Positions 27,099 to 36,051 of a DNA stretch of 64,000 bases are shown here, in pieces. The DNA comes from Bacteroidota bacterium (GTDB lineage: Bacteria; Bacteroidota; Bacteroidia; Bacteroidales; Bacteroidaceae). Location of the stretch: contig JAFABV010000054.1 of assembly GCA_023425865.1 (NCBI GenBank), positions 36,337-100,336 of the forward strand, read 5' to 3'. The notes under the pieces are model-generated. The model searched no databases, was not told the origin of the DNA, and worked only from the letters and a program-made list of their open reading frames with translations. Within the stretch, counting starts at the first letter, position 1. Every line of letters begins with the position of its first letter. A program made the translations under genes and the position numbers.

Positions 27099-28427
27099 AT
27101 GAAAAAGATTAATTATAAATGGACTTTCATGATAGCGCTTGCCGCTGTCAGCATGGCATTCACCTCTTGTAAGGATGAACCAGACAAGTATGAGTCCACA
27201 GACGGCACACCTACGGTCTACTACATCCGCTCAGTGGACGTGAGCAAGAAAGACTCACTGCTCACCGCCGCATCCATGGAAACGCCTATCTGCTTGGTGG
27301 GCGAAAACCTCCGCAGCATTAAGGCCATCAACTTCAACGACCAGAAGGCTGTGCTCAACACCAGCTACATGACCGATCATACCCTGATCGTGTCGGTACC
27401 CAAGACTATTCCGTCGCAGGTTTCTGACAAGATGTATATGATCACGACAAGCAACGATACCATTCCTTACGACTTCAAGGTCATCGTGCCTGCACCCACC
27501 GTCGTGTCGATGAGCAACGAGTGGGCCGCTGCTGGTGAGACTGTGACCATCACGGGTGACTATTTCCTCGACTACGACAATTATCCCTTGGAAATTACCG
27601 TGGGCGACAAATACACAGTTCCTCGCAGTGCCATCACGAGCATCACCAAGACGGCCATTACGCTTGTCATGCCTGAGTCCATGCCCCAGCATGAGAAGAT
27701 TGACATCTCCACGAAGTATGGTACTACCAAGGCACCGTTCCAGTATAAGGACAACCGCGGTTTGCTCTTCGACTTCGATACGGCTTACGATGGCGTGAAT
27801 GTGCTGGGCAATCATGGTTGGCACAACCAGAAGATCCAGAGCGATGGTACCTCTCTCAGTGGCAACTACCTCTTGCTGGGTGACGCGGATATGGCGGGTG
27901 ACGGTGGCTGGAATGACGGTAACTTCGCGTTTGAATATTGGGCTGGCACCTGGAACAAGACCTTCGACGGCGATGGTCCCAAGCTCAACGACGTGGCCGA
28001 CTTCTCCAACTGGACTGAGAAGAGCATCAAGTTTGAGATGCTTGTACCTTCTGCCAACCCCTGGCGCGCCGCGCCGCTGCAGGTGATTTTTGCCGGTCCC
28101 GACAAGATTACGCTCTTTGCTGCCAACAACACCTTCTTCCATGCTGGTGACGGATGGGGGCGTGCCCTTTATATGCCTTGGAATAATGAAGATAAGACGT
28201 ATGATACTGGCGACAAGTGGGTGACGGTCACCATTCCATTGAAGGACTTCAATAAAGACTGGGATGGCAACTTAGCCACTAAGACCTTCAGCTCTGTCGA
28301 CGACTTTGCCAGTCTGACACTCTTTGTTGTGACGGGTTCGTATAACGACAAGACCGTCATTCCTACCGGTGCCGACGGTCATCCCATCATCAAGATCGAC
28401 AACATCCGTGTGGTGCCCAATAAATAA
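27099..28427 (+). CDS. Surface glycan-binding-protein-like lipoprotein (two IPT/TIG-like domains + C-terminal beta-sandwich)
   Basis: 442-aa ORF, lipobox AFTSC. It sits downstream of SusD, the position typical of SGBPs. The binding function is inferred. Confidence 0.75.
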   Translation: MKKINYKWTFMIALAAVSMAFTSCKDEPDKYESTDGTPTVYYIRSVDVSKKDSLLTAASMETPICLVGENLRSIKAINFNDQKAVLNTSYMTDHTLIVSVPKTIPSQVSDKMYMITTSNDTIPYDFKVIVPAPTVVSMSNEWAAAGETVTITGDYFLDYDNYPLEITVGDKYTVPRSAITSITKTAITLVMPESMPQHEKIDISTKYGTTKAPFQYKDNRGLLFDFDTAYDGVNVLGNHGWHNQKIQSDGTSLSGNYLLLGDADMAGDGGWNDGNFAFEYWAGTWNKTFDGDGPKLNDVADFSNWTEKSIKFEMLVPSANPWRAAPLQVIFAGPDKITLFAANNTFFHAGDGWGRALYMPWNNEDKTYDTGDKWVTVTIPLKDFNKDWDGNLATKTFSSVDDFASLTLFVVTGSYNDKTVIPTGADGHPIIKIDNIRVVPNK

Positions 28428-28448
28428 CGCTAAATAACAATACGACCT

Positions 28449-30461
28449 ATGAAAAAGTATATGTGCAGGATATGTATCCTGATGATGATAGCCTTCACGG
28501 GTTTGTCGTTGACCTCGTGCAACGATGGCGACGACCTGAACACCGACCAGTATGGCAATGACATCGCGCTCAACTCCTTCGGTCCATCGCCGGTGCTGCG
28601 TGGTGGTATGCTCTACTTCTACGGTAGTAACCTCGACCAGATTCGCGAGATCGACCTTCCTGGTGCCGACCCCATCACCTCCATCAATGTGATCACTTCT
28701 GGGGCTCACAGCCAGATTGCTATCCAGGTGCCTGCGGAAAAGTGCGACACGGGTATCGTGACCCTGGTCACCGCCAAGGGAGGCATCATCAAGACCCTTA
28801 CCCCTGTGACTTACCGCGAGGATATTGTCTTCGACAAGTTCTATGTGGGAACTGAGGGCAATCTTGTAGGTAACGTAGGTGATGTGGTTACCATTAAGGG
28901 TGACTACCTCAACCTGCTCCATGGAGTAATCTTCGCCGACAAGGATACCGTTCGTGAAGACCAGTTCCTGGCGCATGACCGCTACACCATTCAGGTGGCT
29001 ATCCCCGCTGAGGCCAAGACGGGTAAGTTTGTGCTCACCGACCTGGCTGAGACTCCCACTGAGATCGAGAGCGAAGAGGCCCTGACCATCAACCTGCCTA
29101 CCGTGTCAGGTCTTACGCCCGAGAATCCTAAGGCTGGCCAGACCATCACAGTGAAGGGTGAGTCGCTTACCCAGATAGCCAGTGTCAAACTCGTTGGCGC
29201 CACGGTCGAGGCCTTGACGGCCCAGACAGACGCTGCCATCAGCTTCGTGCTTCCCGCCGCAGCTACCGATGGCGAGGTGACACTTGTTACCAAGTCGGGT
29301 GTAGAGATTCCTGCAGGCAGCATCGTGACGGTGGTGCCCACCTCACTCAGTGCCGCTCCCGCTCCCGTGAAAAATGGTGCCGATCTCACCATCACGGGTA
29401 AGGACCTCGACCTCGTGACCTCTGTCACCTTCCCCAACACTGATGCCGTGACGCCTAAGGCCCTGACGGCAACCCAGCTCGTGGCTACTGTTCCCACCAA
29501 GGCGCAGGAGGGCGACATCACGCTCACCTTAGCCAATGGCAAGACCGTCACCGTGGCTTACACCTTGGTGAAGCCTGCCGTGACAGGTTGTACACCTGCC
29601 TCGCTCACCGCTGGCGAAAAGGTGGTCATTCGTGGTACCAACCTCGACCTCGTAGCTTCAATCACCTTCCCCGGTGAAGTAGCGCAGACCGTCACCACCT
29701 TCGCCGCCCAGAGTGCAACGGCCATCGGACTCGTCGTACCCGCTGCCGCATCAGGTACTGGCTTCACGCTCAACCTTATCAACGGCAGTACTGTTGCCGT
29801 GCCCACAGGTCTCGACATCAAGGCAGCTACCGACCCATCGATTGCCGCCATCAATCCTGCCAGCGCAACGGCTGGAACCACCATCACCATCACCGGTAAG
29901 AACTTCAACAATGTTCAGAATGTTTATATTGGTGAGTATAAGGTGACGAAGTACACCTCGCGCTCGGCCACCGAAATCGTATGCCAAGTGCCTGCCACGG
30001 CAGCCGATGGCACCTATACCATCTTCTTGGAAGACTACGAGGGCAAACGTTTCGAGGGAGGCACCTTCACCGTGATGCCTAAGGAAATCGATCTGGCAGG
30101 CTTCGCAGTCTACGAAGATCGTTCAGGACTGGTGAGCTGGCCGTTCAACTTCTCGTGGAGTGACTCTAAGGGTAAGATGCGCATCATGAAGGCCGACTTG
30201 GTTAAAGCCGGTGTAAAGTTGGGTTCTAAATTGCTCATCTACAAGAATGCGGGCGCAACCGGTGAGATACAGATCAACAACGCCAACTGGGGCAGTATTT
30301 ATACTGTTGCCGATAAGGGTGGTACTCAAGATGTGATAATCCAGGAGTTCGACGATGCCATGATGGCTGCCGTTACCAGTGTCGCTGATGGATGGAGTGA
30401 TACTGCTTTCATCTTACAGGGTACCCTCTCGGGGGTAACCAAGATGACTATACTCCCATAA
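28449..30461 (+). CDS. Multi-IPT/TIG-domain surface lipoprotein with C-terminal CBM-like domain
   Basis: 670-aa ORF, lipobox SLTSC. At least five ~80-aa repeats ending …V.GENL…I..V.F… are visible in the translation. Confidence 0.75.
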   Translation: MKKYMCRICILMMIAFTGLSLTSCNDGDDLNTDQYGNDIALNSFGPSPVLRGGMLYFYGSNLDQIREIDLPGADPITSINVITSGAHSQIAIQVPAEKCDTGIVTLVTAKGGIIKTLTPVTYREDIVFDKFYVGTEGNLVGNVGDVVTIKGDYLNLLHGVIFADKDTVREDQFLAHDRYTIQVAIPAEAKTGKFVLTDLAETPTEIESEEALTINLPTVSGLTPENPKAGQTITVKGESLTQIASVKLVGATVEALTAQTDAAISFVLPAAATDGEVTLVTKSGVEIPAGSIVTVVPTSLSAAPAPVKNGADLTITGKDLDLVTSVTFPNTDAVTPKALTATQLVATVPTKAQEGDITLTLANGKTVTVAYTLVKPAVTGCTPASLTAGEKVVIRGTNLDLVASITFPGEVAQTVTTFAAQSATAIGLVVPAAASGTGFTLNLINGSTVAVPTGLDIKAATDPSIAAINPASATAGTTITITGKNFNNVQNVYIGEYKVTKYTSRSATEIVCQVPATAADGTYTIFLEDYEGKRFEGGTFTVMPKEIDLAGFAVYEDRSGLVSWPFNFSWSDSKGKMRIMKADLVKAGVKLGSKLLIYKNAGATGEIQINNANWGSIYTVADKGGTQDVIIQEFDDAMMAAVTSVADGWSDTAFILQGTLSGVTKMTILP

Positions 30462-30478
30462 TTGCAAACTCAAAGTGA

Positions 30479-30508
30479 GGGACGAGGTGCCTGAAGGCAT
30501 CTCGTTCC
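30479..30508 (+). terminator. Stem-loop (13-bp stem with two G-U pairs, loop TGAA) after the IPT lipoprotein gene; weak T-rich tail
   Basis: GGGACGAGGTGCC-TGAA-GGCATCTCGTTCC followed by TTACATTATTATATT. It may be a terminator/attenuator or an RNA-processing site. Confidence 0.35.
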
Positions 30509-30527
30509 TTACATTATTATATTATGT

Positions 30528-30983
30528 ATGATGAGAAGATTGATTTTAATTTTTCTGGCCTCCCTTAGTGTGGCTATGGTTTTTGCCGACACGGGTAAAT
30601 CCTTGTTCGTCACATTTACCGATAACACCAAGGTCGAGTTTGCCCTTTCTACGCTGCCTGTCGTGACCGTTGCCGATGACAAGCTCACCGTCACCACCAC
30701 CGCCACCACGGCGGTTTACGACCTGCAGACGGTCAGCACTTTTATCTATGGTACCACTACAGGCATCAGTAATGCGCAATTGAGCCAGCCTGTCCTCGAT
30801 GGCGACCGCCTTATTGTACCCGGCTCTGCACACTCCATCCGTGTTTTTGCCATCGACGGCACTGCTGTTCGTGTCAGCCCTGTAGTGTCCTCCGGCAGTA
30901 CAGTGGTGAGTCTTGCGGCCTTACCCCACGGTGTCTATATCATTAATATCAACGGCAAAGCCATTAAAATCGCAAAGCCATGA
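30528..30983 (+). CDS. Small secreted protein consisting of a signal peptide, a short beta-rich segment and a T9SS C-terminal sorting domain
   Basis: 151-aa ORF. N-terminus MMRRLILIFLASLSVAMVFA. C-terminus …VVSLAALPHGVYIININGKAIKIAKP resembles Por_Secre_tail-type CTDs. Its stop overlaps the next start (ATGA). Confidence 0.65.
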   Translation: MMRRLILIFLASLSVAMVFADTGKSLFVTFTDNTKVEFALSTLPVVTVADDKLTVTTTATTAVYDLQTVSTFIYGTTTGISNAQLSQPVLDGDRLIVPGSAHSIRVFAIDGTAVRVSPVVSSGSTVVSLAALPHGVYIININGKAIKIAKP

Positions 30984-33313
30984 AGCATCTCTTTACACTA
31001 CTTCTTGTCTTCCTTTCTTGTTTAGGTGTCTCAGCCCAGCACGACGGAGACAAAATCACGATCAATACTACTGAGCAGGAAAGGACTCCGACGTGGAACT
31101 TGGCCGGTACATCTGATGTTATCTCCTCGCTGAAACACACCGCTGATGGTAAACTTGAGGTCTATCTTAAAGGTTGGGAGGAATTTGGCGCATGGGAAAC
31201 CTACGACATCAACCAGATCAGCAGCATCATTTTCAATGTACAGCGTGAGAGCGATGTCAGTGGTATCACACTGGCCGATGCCGCTGCCAATGATGCTACC
31301 AAGAAGCTGTACAAATACATGAAACTCAACTATGGCAGTCGTATCTTCTCTTCGGTCATGGCCGATGTCAACTGGAACCATAAGATCGCAGACCAGCTTT
31401 ATGCCAAAACGGGTAAGTATCCTGCCTTCAACTGTTACGACTTTATCCATATCTACGTGCCTGAGGGCAGTACTTGGATTAACTACGACAATCTCACTCC
31501 TGTCACAGAGTGGGTCGAAGCCGGTGGCTTGGTATCGCTGATGTGGCACTTCAATGTGCCCAAGACTGAGACCACAACCATTGGTACCGACGGCTCGGGC
31601 GTGACGACCTCACCCTCTGAGACTACCTTCAAGGCTGGAAACGCGCTGGTGAGCGGTACTTGGGAGAACAAGTGGTTTTATTCCCAGATGGACAAGGTGG
31701 TTAGCGTGCTGCTCAAGTTGCAGGACGCTGGTATCGTAGCCACCTGGCGTCCCTTCCACGAGGCGGCGGGTAATGCCATGCTCAAGTCAGGAGCCAGCTG
31801 GGCCACGGCCTGGTTCTGGTGGGGTGCCGACGGAGCCGACACCTACAAGCAGCTGTGGCAGACCATGTTCAACTACTTCCAGAGCAAGGGTGTACACAAT
31901 CTCATCTGGGTATGGACCTCGCAAAACTACAATGGCGACAGCACCCAGTATGACAATGATGCTGCATGGTATCCGGGTGATGCCTACGTAGACATTGTGG
32001 GCCGCGACCTCTATGGTACGACCGCTGCCCAGCAAAAGACTGAGTTTGCTGAGCTGCAGGCTCGCTATCCCAACAAGCTCATCGACCTATCTGAGTGTGG
32101 TATCACTTCCACTGCCGCCACGGCCAACGTTGTCGATGCCTGGAACGCAGGTGCCCGGTGGCTGGGTTTCATGCCTTGGTACGGGTCATCGCTTCCCTCT
32201 GACGCGTGGTTGAAGGAAAATTTAAGCCAAGATATTGTCATCACACGCGACAAAGTCAATCTCAATGCCACCACCGTCGACGAGTCGGCCAAGCAGGCCG
32301 TGGTCAATATGGGATTGGGATTCAACCTCGGTAACACCCTCGATGCCAATGGTGCCGGCACAGGCCATGCGCCCACTGACTATGAGACCATGTGGGGACA
32401 ACCTGTCACCACCAAGGCCATGATCGACTTCCTGAAGAAGGAGGGCTTTGGCTCGGTGCGCGTACCCGTTACCTGGTATGAGCATATGGATACGAATGGT
32501 GTCGTGGACGCGGCCTGGATGAACCGTGTGCAAGAGATCGTAGACTATGTCATCGACAATGGCATGTACTGTATTCTCAATGTGCATCACGACACTGCTG
32601 CCGGCGACCATGCGTGGGTGAAGGCCGATGCCGACAACTATGCCAGCAACAAGCTGCGCTACGAGGGGCTGTGGACACAGATAGCAAATCGCTTCCGCGA
32701 CTACGACCACCATCTGGTCTTCGAGGGATACAACGAAATGCTCGATGCAGCCAACACTTGGAATGCGCCCGTCAATGCCGAGAGCTATACGGCACTCAAT
32801 AATTATGCGCAGAGTTTTGTCACGGCCGTGCGCAATACGGGGGGCAACAATTCTACTCGCAATCTGGTCATTAACACCTATGCAGGTGCTAACCACCAGG
32901 CCGTGCTCGATGCACTGGTGCTGCCTTCAGACAATACGACCGGACACCTGGCCGTGGAGATTCATTCTTATGACCCATGGAACTGGTTTTCTACTTACGG
33001 TGCATGGAATAGTGACTGCAGCACTTATCTCCAACAGATGTTCAGTCGTCTGAACACCACATTCGTGAGCAAGGGTATCCCTGTCATCGTGGGCGAGTAT
33101 GGTACACATGGCGACCAGTCGGTGTCGAAGACTTCTACCGATGCCCAGAAGCAAGCCGCTGCTGACCAGGCCGCCGACATGGTGAAGCAAGCCAAGGCAC
33201 TTGGCATTGCCACCTACTATTGGATGAGTATCTTCGAAGGTACCGACCGCACGGTGCCCCAGTGGACATTGCCCACTGTGGCCGCGGCGATGAAGACTGC
33301 TTACAACCAGTAA
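30980..33313 (+). CDS. Two-catalytic-domain enzyme: N-terminal GH26 mannanase + C-terminal GH5 endo-glycanase
   Basis: 777-aa ORF. The GH26 part has MWHFNVP, WRPFHEAAGN…WFWWG and DLSECG. The GH5 part has GFNLGNTLDA, ILNVHHD, VFEGYNEM (acid/base) and VIVGEYG (nucleophile). Confidence 0.85.
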   Translation: MKHLFTLLLVFLSCLGVSAQHDGDKITINTTEQERTPTWNLAGTSDVISSLKHTADGKLEVYLKGWEEFGAWETYDINQISSIIFNVQRESDVSGITLADAAANDATKKLYKYMKLNYGSRIFSSVMADVNWNHKIADQLYAKTGKYPAFNCYDFIHIYVPEGSTWINYDNLTPVTEWVEAGGLVSLMWHFNVPKTETTTIGTDGSGVTTSPSETTFKAGNALVSGTWENKWFYSQMDKVVSVLLKLQDAGIVATWRPFHEAAGNAMLKSGASWATAWFWWGADGADTYKQLWQTMFNYFQSKGVHNLIWVWTSQNYNGDSTQYDNDAAWYPGDAYVDIVGRDLYGTTAAQQKTEFAELQARYPNKLIDLSECGITSTAATANVVDAWNAGARWLGFMPWYGSSLPSDAWLKENLSQDIVITRDKVNLNATTVDESAKQAVVNMGLGFNLGNTLDANGAGTGHAPTDYETMWGQPVTTKAMIDFLKKEGFGSVRVPVTWYEHMDTNGVVDAAWMNRVQEIVDYVIDNGMYCILNVHHDTAAGDHAWVKADADNYASNKLRYEGLWTQIANRFRDYDHHLVFEGYNEMLDAANTWNAPVNAESYTALNNYAQSFVTAVRNTGGNNSTRNLVINTYAGANHQAVLDALVLPSDNTTGHLAVEIHSYDPWNWFSTYGAWNSDCSTYLQQMFSRLNTTFVSKGIPVIVGEYGTHGDQSVSKTSTDAQKQAAADQAADMVKQAKALGIATYYWMSIFEGTDRTVPQWTLPTVAAAMKTAYNQ

Positions 33314-33328
33314 CTTAACTGTAAACCC

Positions 33329-34393
33329 ATGAATCGATTGACATTACTGTTAAGCTTCATAGCCATAGTGCTGCTCTCGGGCGCTTGTGGCGACAAGAAA
33401 AAGAAATCGTATGATGAAATAGGAGAGAGCGGACTCACCACCCGCACTGAGAACCTGCAAGCCAACCTGCGCACCTTTGCCAATAAGGGCACCATCGTCG
33501 GACAGCAATACGGTACCCTGGATGGCATCGGCTGGAAAGCCGATACGGTGGAACAGAGCGACATCCGGAGTATCTGTAACGACGGGCCCGCCTGCAGCGG
33601 GTATGAGCTTGCCGGTTTGGAACGCGGCCAGAAGGTCAACAGCGATTCGGTGGCGTTCAGCGATATACGTACTGATGTTTTGCGTTTGTTCCGTCGAGGC
33701 GGCTTGGTACTGATGTCTTGGTCGGCTCCCGACTACAAGGGCGACGAGAAAGTACTCGACACATGGCTTGGCCACATAGCCACCTATCTTGAGTCCTTGC
33801 AGGACGAGTATGGCATCAAAGCCCCAGTTGTATTGTTTCTTTATCCTTTGCGGCAAGACACTTGGTATGCCAAGCTTAGCCCCGAGGATTACAAGACACT
33901 CTATGGTCATTCGCTCAATAAACTGCACGACTTAGGTGTCACCAATGCCATCTTTGGCATGAGCTATAGTGACGATATGCCCGTGAGTCAGGTAGAGGCT
34001 TCCATGCCAGAGGGAATTGACGTACTTCAGGTTTCTGTGCTCAGGCCGGGTACGACTTCTGTAACTACCGCCGCTTACCGCAGCGCGTTAGACAGCGGCG
34101 TGCAACATCTCATGCGCCTATCGCGCGAGCGTAACCTTGCTGCCGGATTGAACGCAGGGCTTGAGGGACTGCCCACTACCGACTGCTTCATGGGAGCCTT
34201 GCAACCCCTGCTGCGGTCACAGCGCCTTGCTTATCTGCTCATGGGACCCAACCGCGGTGACATCGATGGGGGGCATTATTATGTACCCTTTCCCGGGCTG
34301 GACAATGAGCGCATCAACGACTTCGTAGATTTCTATAATGATGAGTCAACTGTATTGATTGGTACTCTCAATGGGCTTTATCTCAGAAAATAA
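33329..34393 (+). CDS. GH26-like lipoprotein with both catalytic glutamates substituted (probable non-catalytic binding protein)
   Basis: 354-aa ORF, lipobox LSGAC. It aligns by eye along its length with the GH26 at 18603-19670. However RPWHEMGGGWFWWG corresponds to LYPLRQD-TWYAKL, TETG to LNAG, GHQD to GQQY and SWHP to SWSA. Confidence 0.7.
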   Translation: MNRLTLLLSFIAIVLLSGACGDKKKKSYDEIGESGLTTRTENLQANLRTFANKGTIVGQQYGTLDGIGWKADTVEQSDIRSICNDGPACSGYELAGLERGQKVNSDSVAFSDIRTDVLRLFRRGGLVLMSWSAPDYKGDEKVLDTWLGHIATYLESLQDEYGIKAPVVLFLYPLRQDTWYAKLSPEDYKTLYGHSLNKLHDLGVTNAIFGMSYSDDMPVSQVEASMPEGIDVLQVSVLRPGTTSVTTAAYRSALDSGVQHLMRLSRERNLAAGLNAGLEGLPTTDCFMGALQPLLRSQRLAYLLMGPNRGDIDGGHYYVPFPGLDNERINDFVDFYNDESTVLIGTLNGLYLRK

Positions 34394-34486
34394 GAGATAG
34401 GTATTATGAATTAAAATCAATCTTTGCAGGCTGCCAGCAGTGATGCTCGCGGTCTGCTTCTTACTTTTAATACTGCTTCTACACAT

Positions 34487-35941
34487 ATGAACAAACAAAC
34501 GATTCTTGCCATCGCCCTCTTATTCTTGGGGCTCACGGCACAAGCCAAGGTGCGGCTGTCGCATCTCATTTCTGACAACATGGTGCTGCAACAGCAGACC
34601 GATGCCCGCCTCTGGGGATGGGCAAAACCCGGACAACCCATTACGGTAACCACCTCGTGGGATTCCAAAAGATATCGTGTCAAGGCTTCCTCTGATGGGC
34701 AATGGCTCGTCAGCGTGAAGACGCCAAAAGGTAGTTTCACACCATACTCCATCACCTTCGACGATGGTGACCAACTCACCGTGAACAAAGTTTATTCTGG
34801 TGAGGTGTGGGTGTGTGGCGGCCAGAGCAACATGGAGATGCCTGTACGTGGCTTTGGCAACTGTCCGGTAGAAGGCTATGGTGACGCAGTGGCCAATGCC
34901 TGGCAAGATGGTGGCGTGCATTACGTGAAGATACCCAGCGTCATGAGCACACGTCCACTGGCGGATGCCGACTGCCATTGGGAGACGATCAATGCCAACA
35001 CCGTTAACGAGTGCAGCGCCGTGGGCTTCTTTTTTGCCCGTATGGTGAGTCACACCTTAGATGTTCCCGTAGGATTGGTCATGGCAAATAAGGGAGGCAC
35101 ACGTGTGGAGAGCTGGTTAGACGAAGACAATCTCAAACGCTATACGCAGGAGCCGCTCGACTCTATGGCTATAGTCAAGAAATTCACGAGAGATTACCAT
35201 CGTCCGCTGCTTTGGGGTAACGGCACCTTCCATCCCATTCTCAACTACACGGTTAAAGGCATCCTGTTCTATCAAGGTTGTTCAAATGTTGGTGATCCCG
35301 GCAACCAATATTCCGACCGGCTCAAGTTGCTGGTGGAACAGTGGCGTCGTGATTTCCGCCTTGGCGACATTCCTTTCTACTTTGTACAGATCGCCCCTTA
35401 CCATCAGGGTGCCGATGGAGTTGACGGCATTGTGGGCGCTTTGTTGCGCGAACAGCAGGCGCGGGCCTCTGAAATCATTCCCAACAGCGCCCTTGTATGT
35501 ACCAACGACCTGGTTTATCCTTGGGAGTACGACCAGATTCATCCCTGCCAGAAGCGCCCTGTCGGTGAGCGTCTGGCCTTCCTCGCCCTCAACCGCAGCT
35601 ATGGTTACAATAACGTGTGGTGTGAGAGTCCGCGTTACAAGAGCATGACCATCCAGGGTGACACCTGCTATGTGCGGTTGCAAAACGACTATGGTGGCAT
35701 TTCACGTTTCAATGGCATTGAGGGCTTCGAGGTAGCTGGCGAAGACCGGGTGTTCCATAAGGCAGTGGCTGGTCACTTCTGGGCACCAGGCAATGACCCA
35801 CGCAATGAGACGGTGTTTGTCACCTCGCCTCAGGTGAAGCATCCTGTTGCCGTGCGCTACTGTTTTCGCAACTTCCAGTTGGGCAATCTCAAGAACTGCG
35901 CCAACCTCCCACTGCTACCCTTCCGCACCGATAACTGGTAA
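34487..35941 (+). CDS. Sialate-O-acetylesterase-like (SASA/DUF303, SGNH-type) carbohydrate esterase
   Basis: Start chosen at MNKQTILAIALLFLGLTAQA (signal peptide). GGQSNM catalytic-serine motif (VWVCGGQSNMEMPV). C-terminal …NCANLPLLPFRTDNW is typical of the family. Confidence 0.8.
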   Translation: MNKQTILAIALLFLGLTAQAKVRLSHLISDNMVLQQQTDARLWGWAKPGQPITVTTSWDSKRYRVKASSDGQWLVSVKTPKGSFTPYSITFDDGDQLTVNKVYSGEVWVCGGQSNMEMPVRGFGNCPVEGYGDAVANAWQDGGVHYVKIPSVMSTRPLADADCHWETINANTVNECSAVGFFFARMVSHTLDVPVGLVMANKGGTRVESWLDEDNLKRYTQEPLDSMAIVKKFTRDYHRPLLWGNGTFHPILNYTVKGILFYQGCSNVGDPGNQYSDRLKLLVEQWRRDFRLGDIPFYFVQIAPYHQGADGVDGIVGALLREQQARASEIIPNSALVCTNDLVYPWEYDQIHPCQKRPVGERLAFLALNRSYGYNNVWCESPRYKSMTIQGDTCYVRLQNDYGGISRFNGIEGFEVAGEDRVFHKAVAGHFWAPGNDPRNETVFVTSPQVKHPVAVRYCFRNFQLGNLKNCANLPLLPFRTDNW

Positions 35942-35972
35942 GTCCGCAATGGTGCCGGGTATGAACATATTG

Positions 35973-36006
35973 CAGGCAAGGCTTTTGGCCTTGCCTGTAT
36001 CTTTTT
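35973..36006 (+). terminator. Rho-independent terminator after the esterase gene
   Basis: CAGGCAAGGC-TTTTG-GCCTTGCCTG (10-bp perfect stem) followed by TATCTTTTTG. Confidence 0.7.
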
Positions 36007-36051
36007 GTGGGTTATCTTGTGTGTGGAGGGCATCGTTTGTGTGTCTCATTG

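Noticed and set aside
22530-28142. Long minus-strand ORFs 22530-23465, 25763-26677 and 27255-28142
   Set aside because: Antisense to the SusC, SusD and SGBP-like genes, which have strong family signatures.
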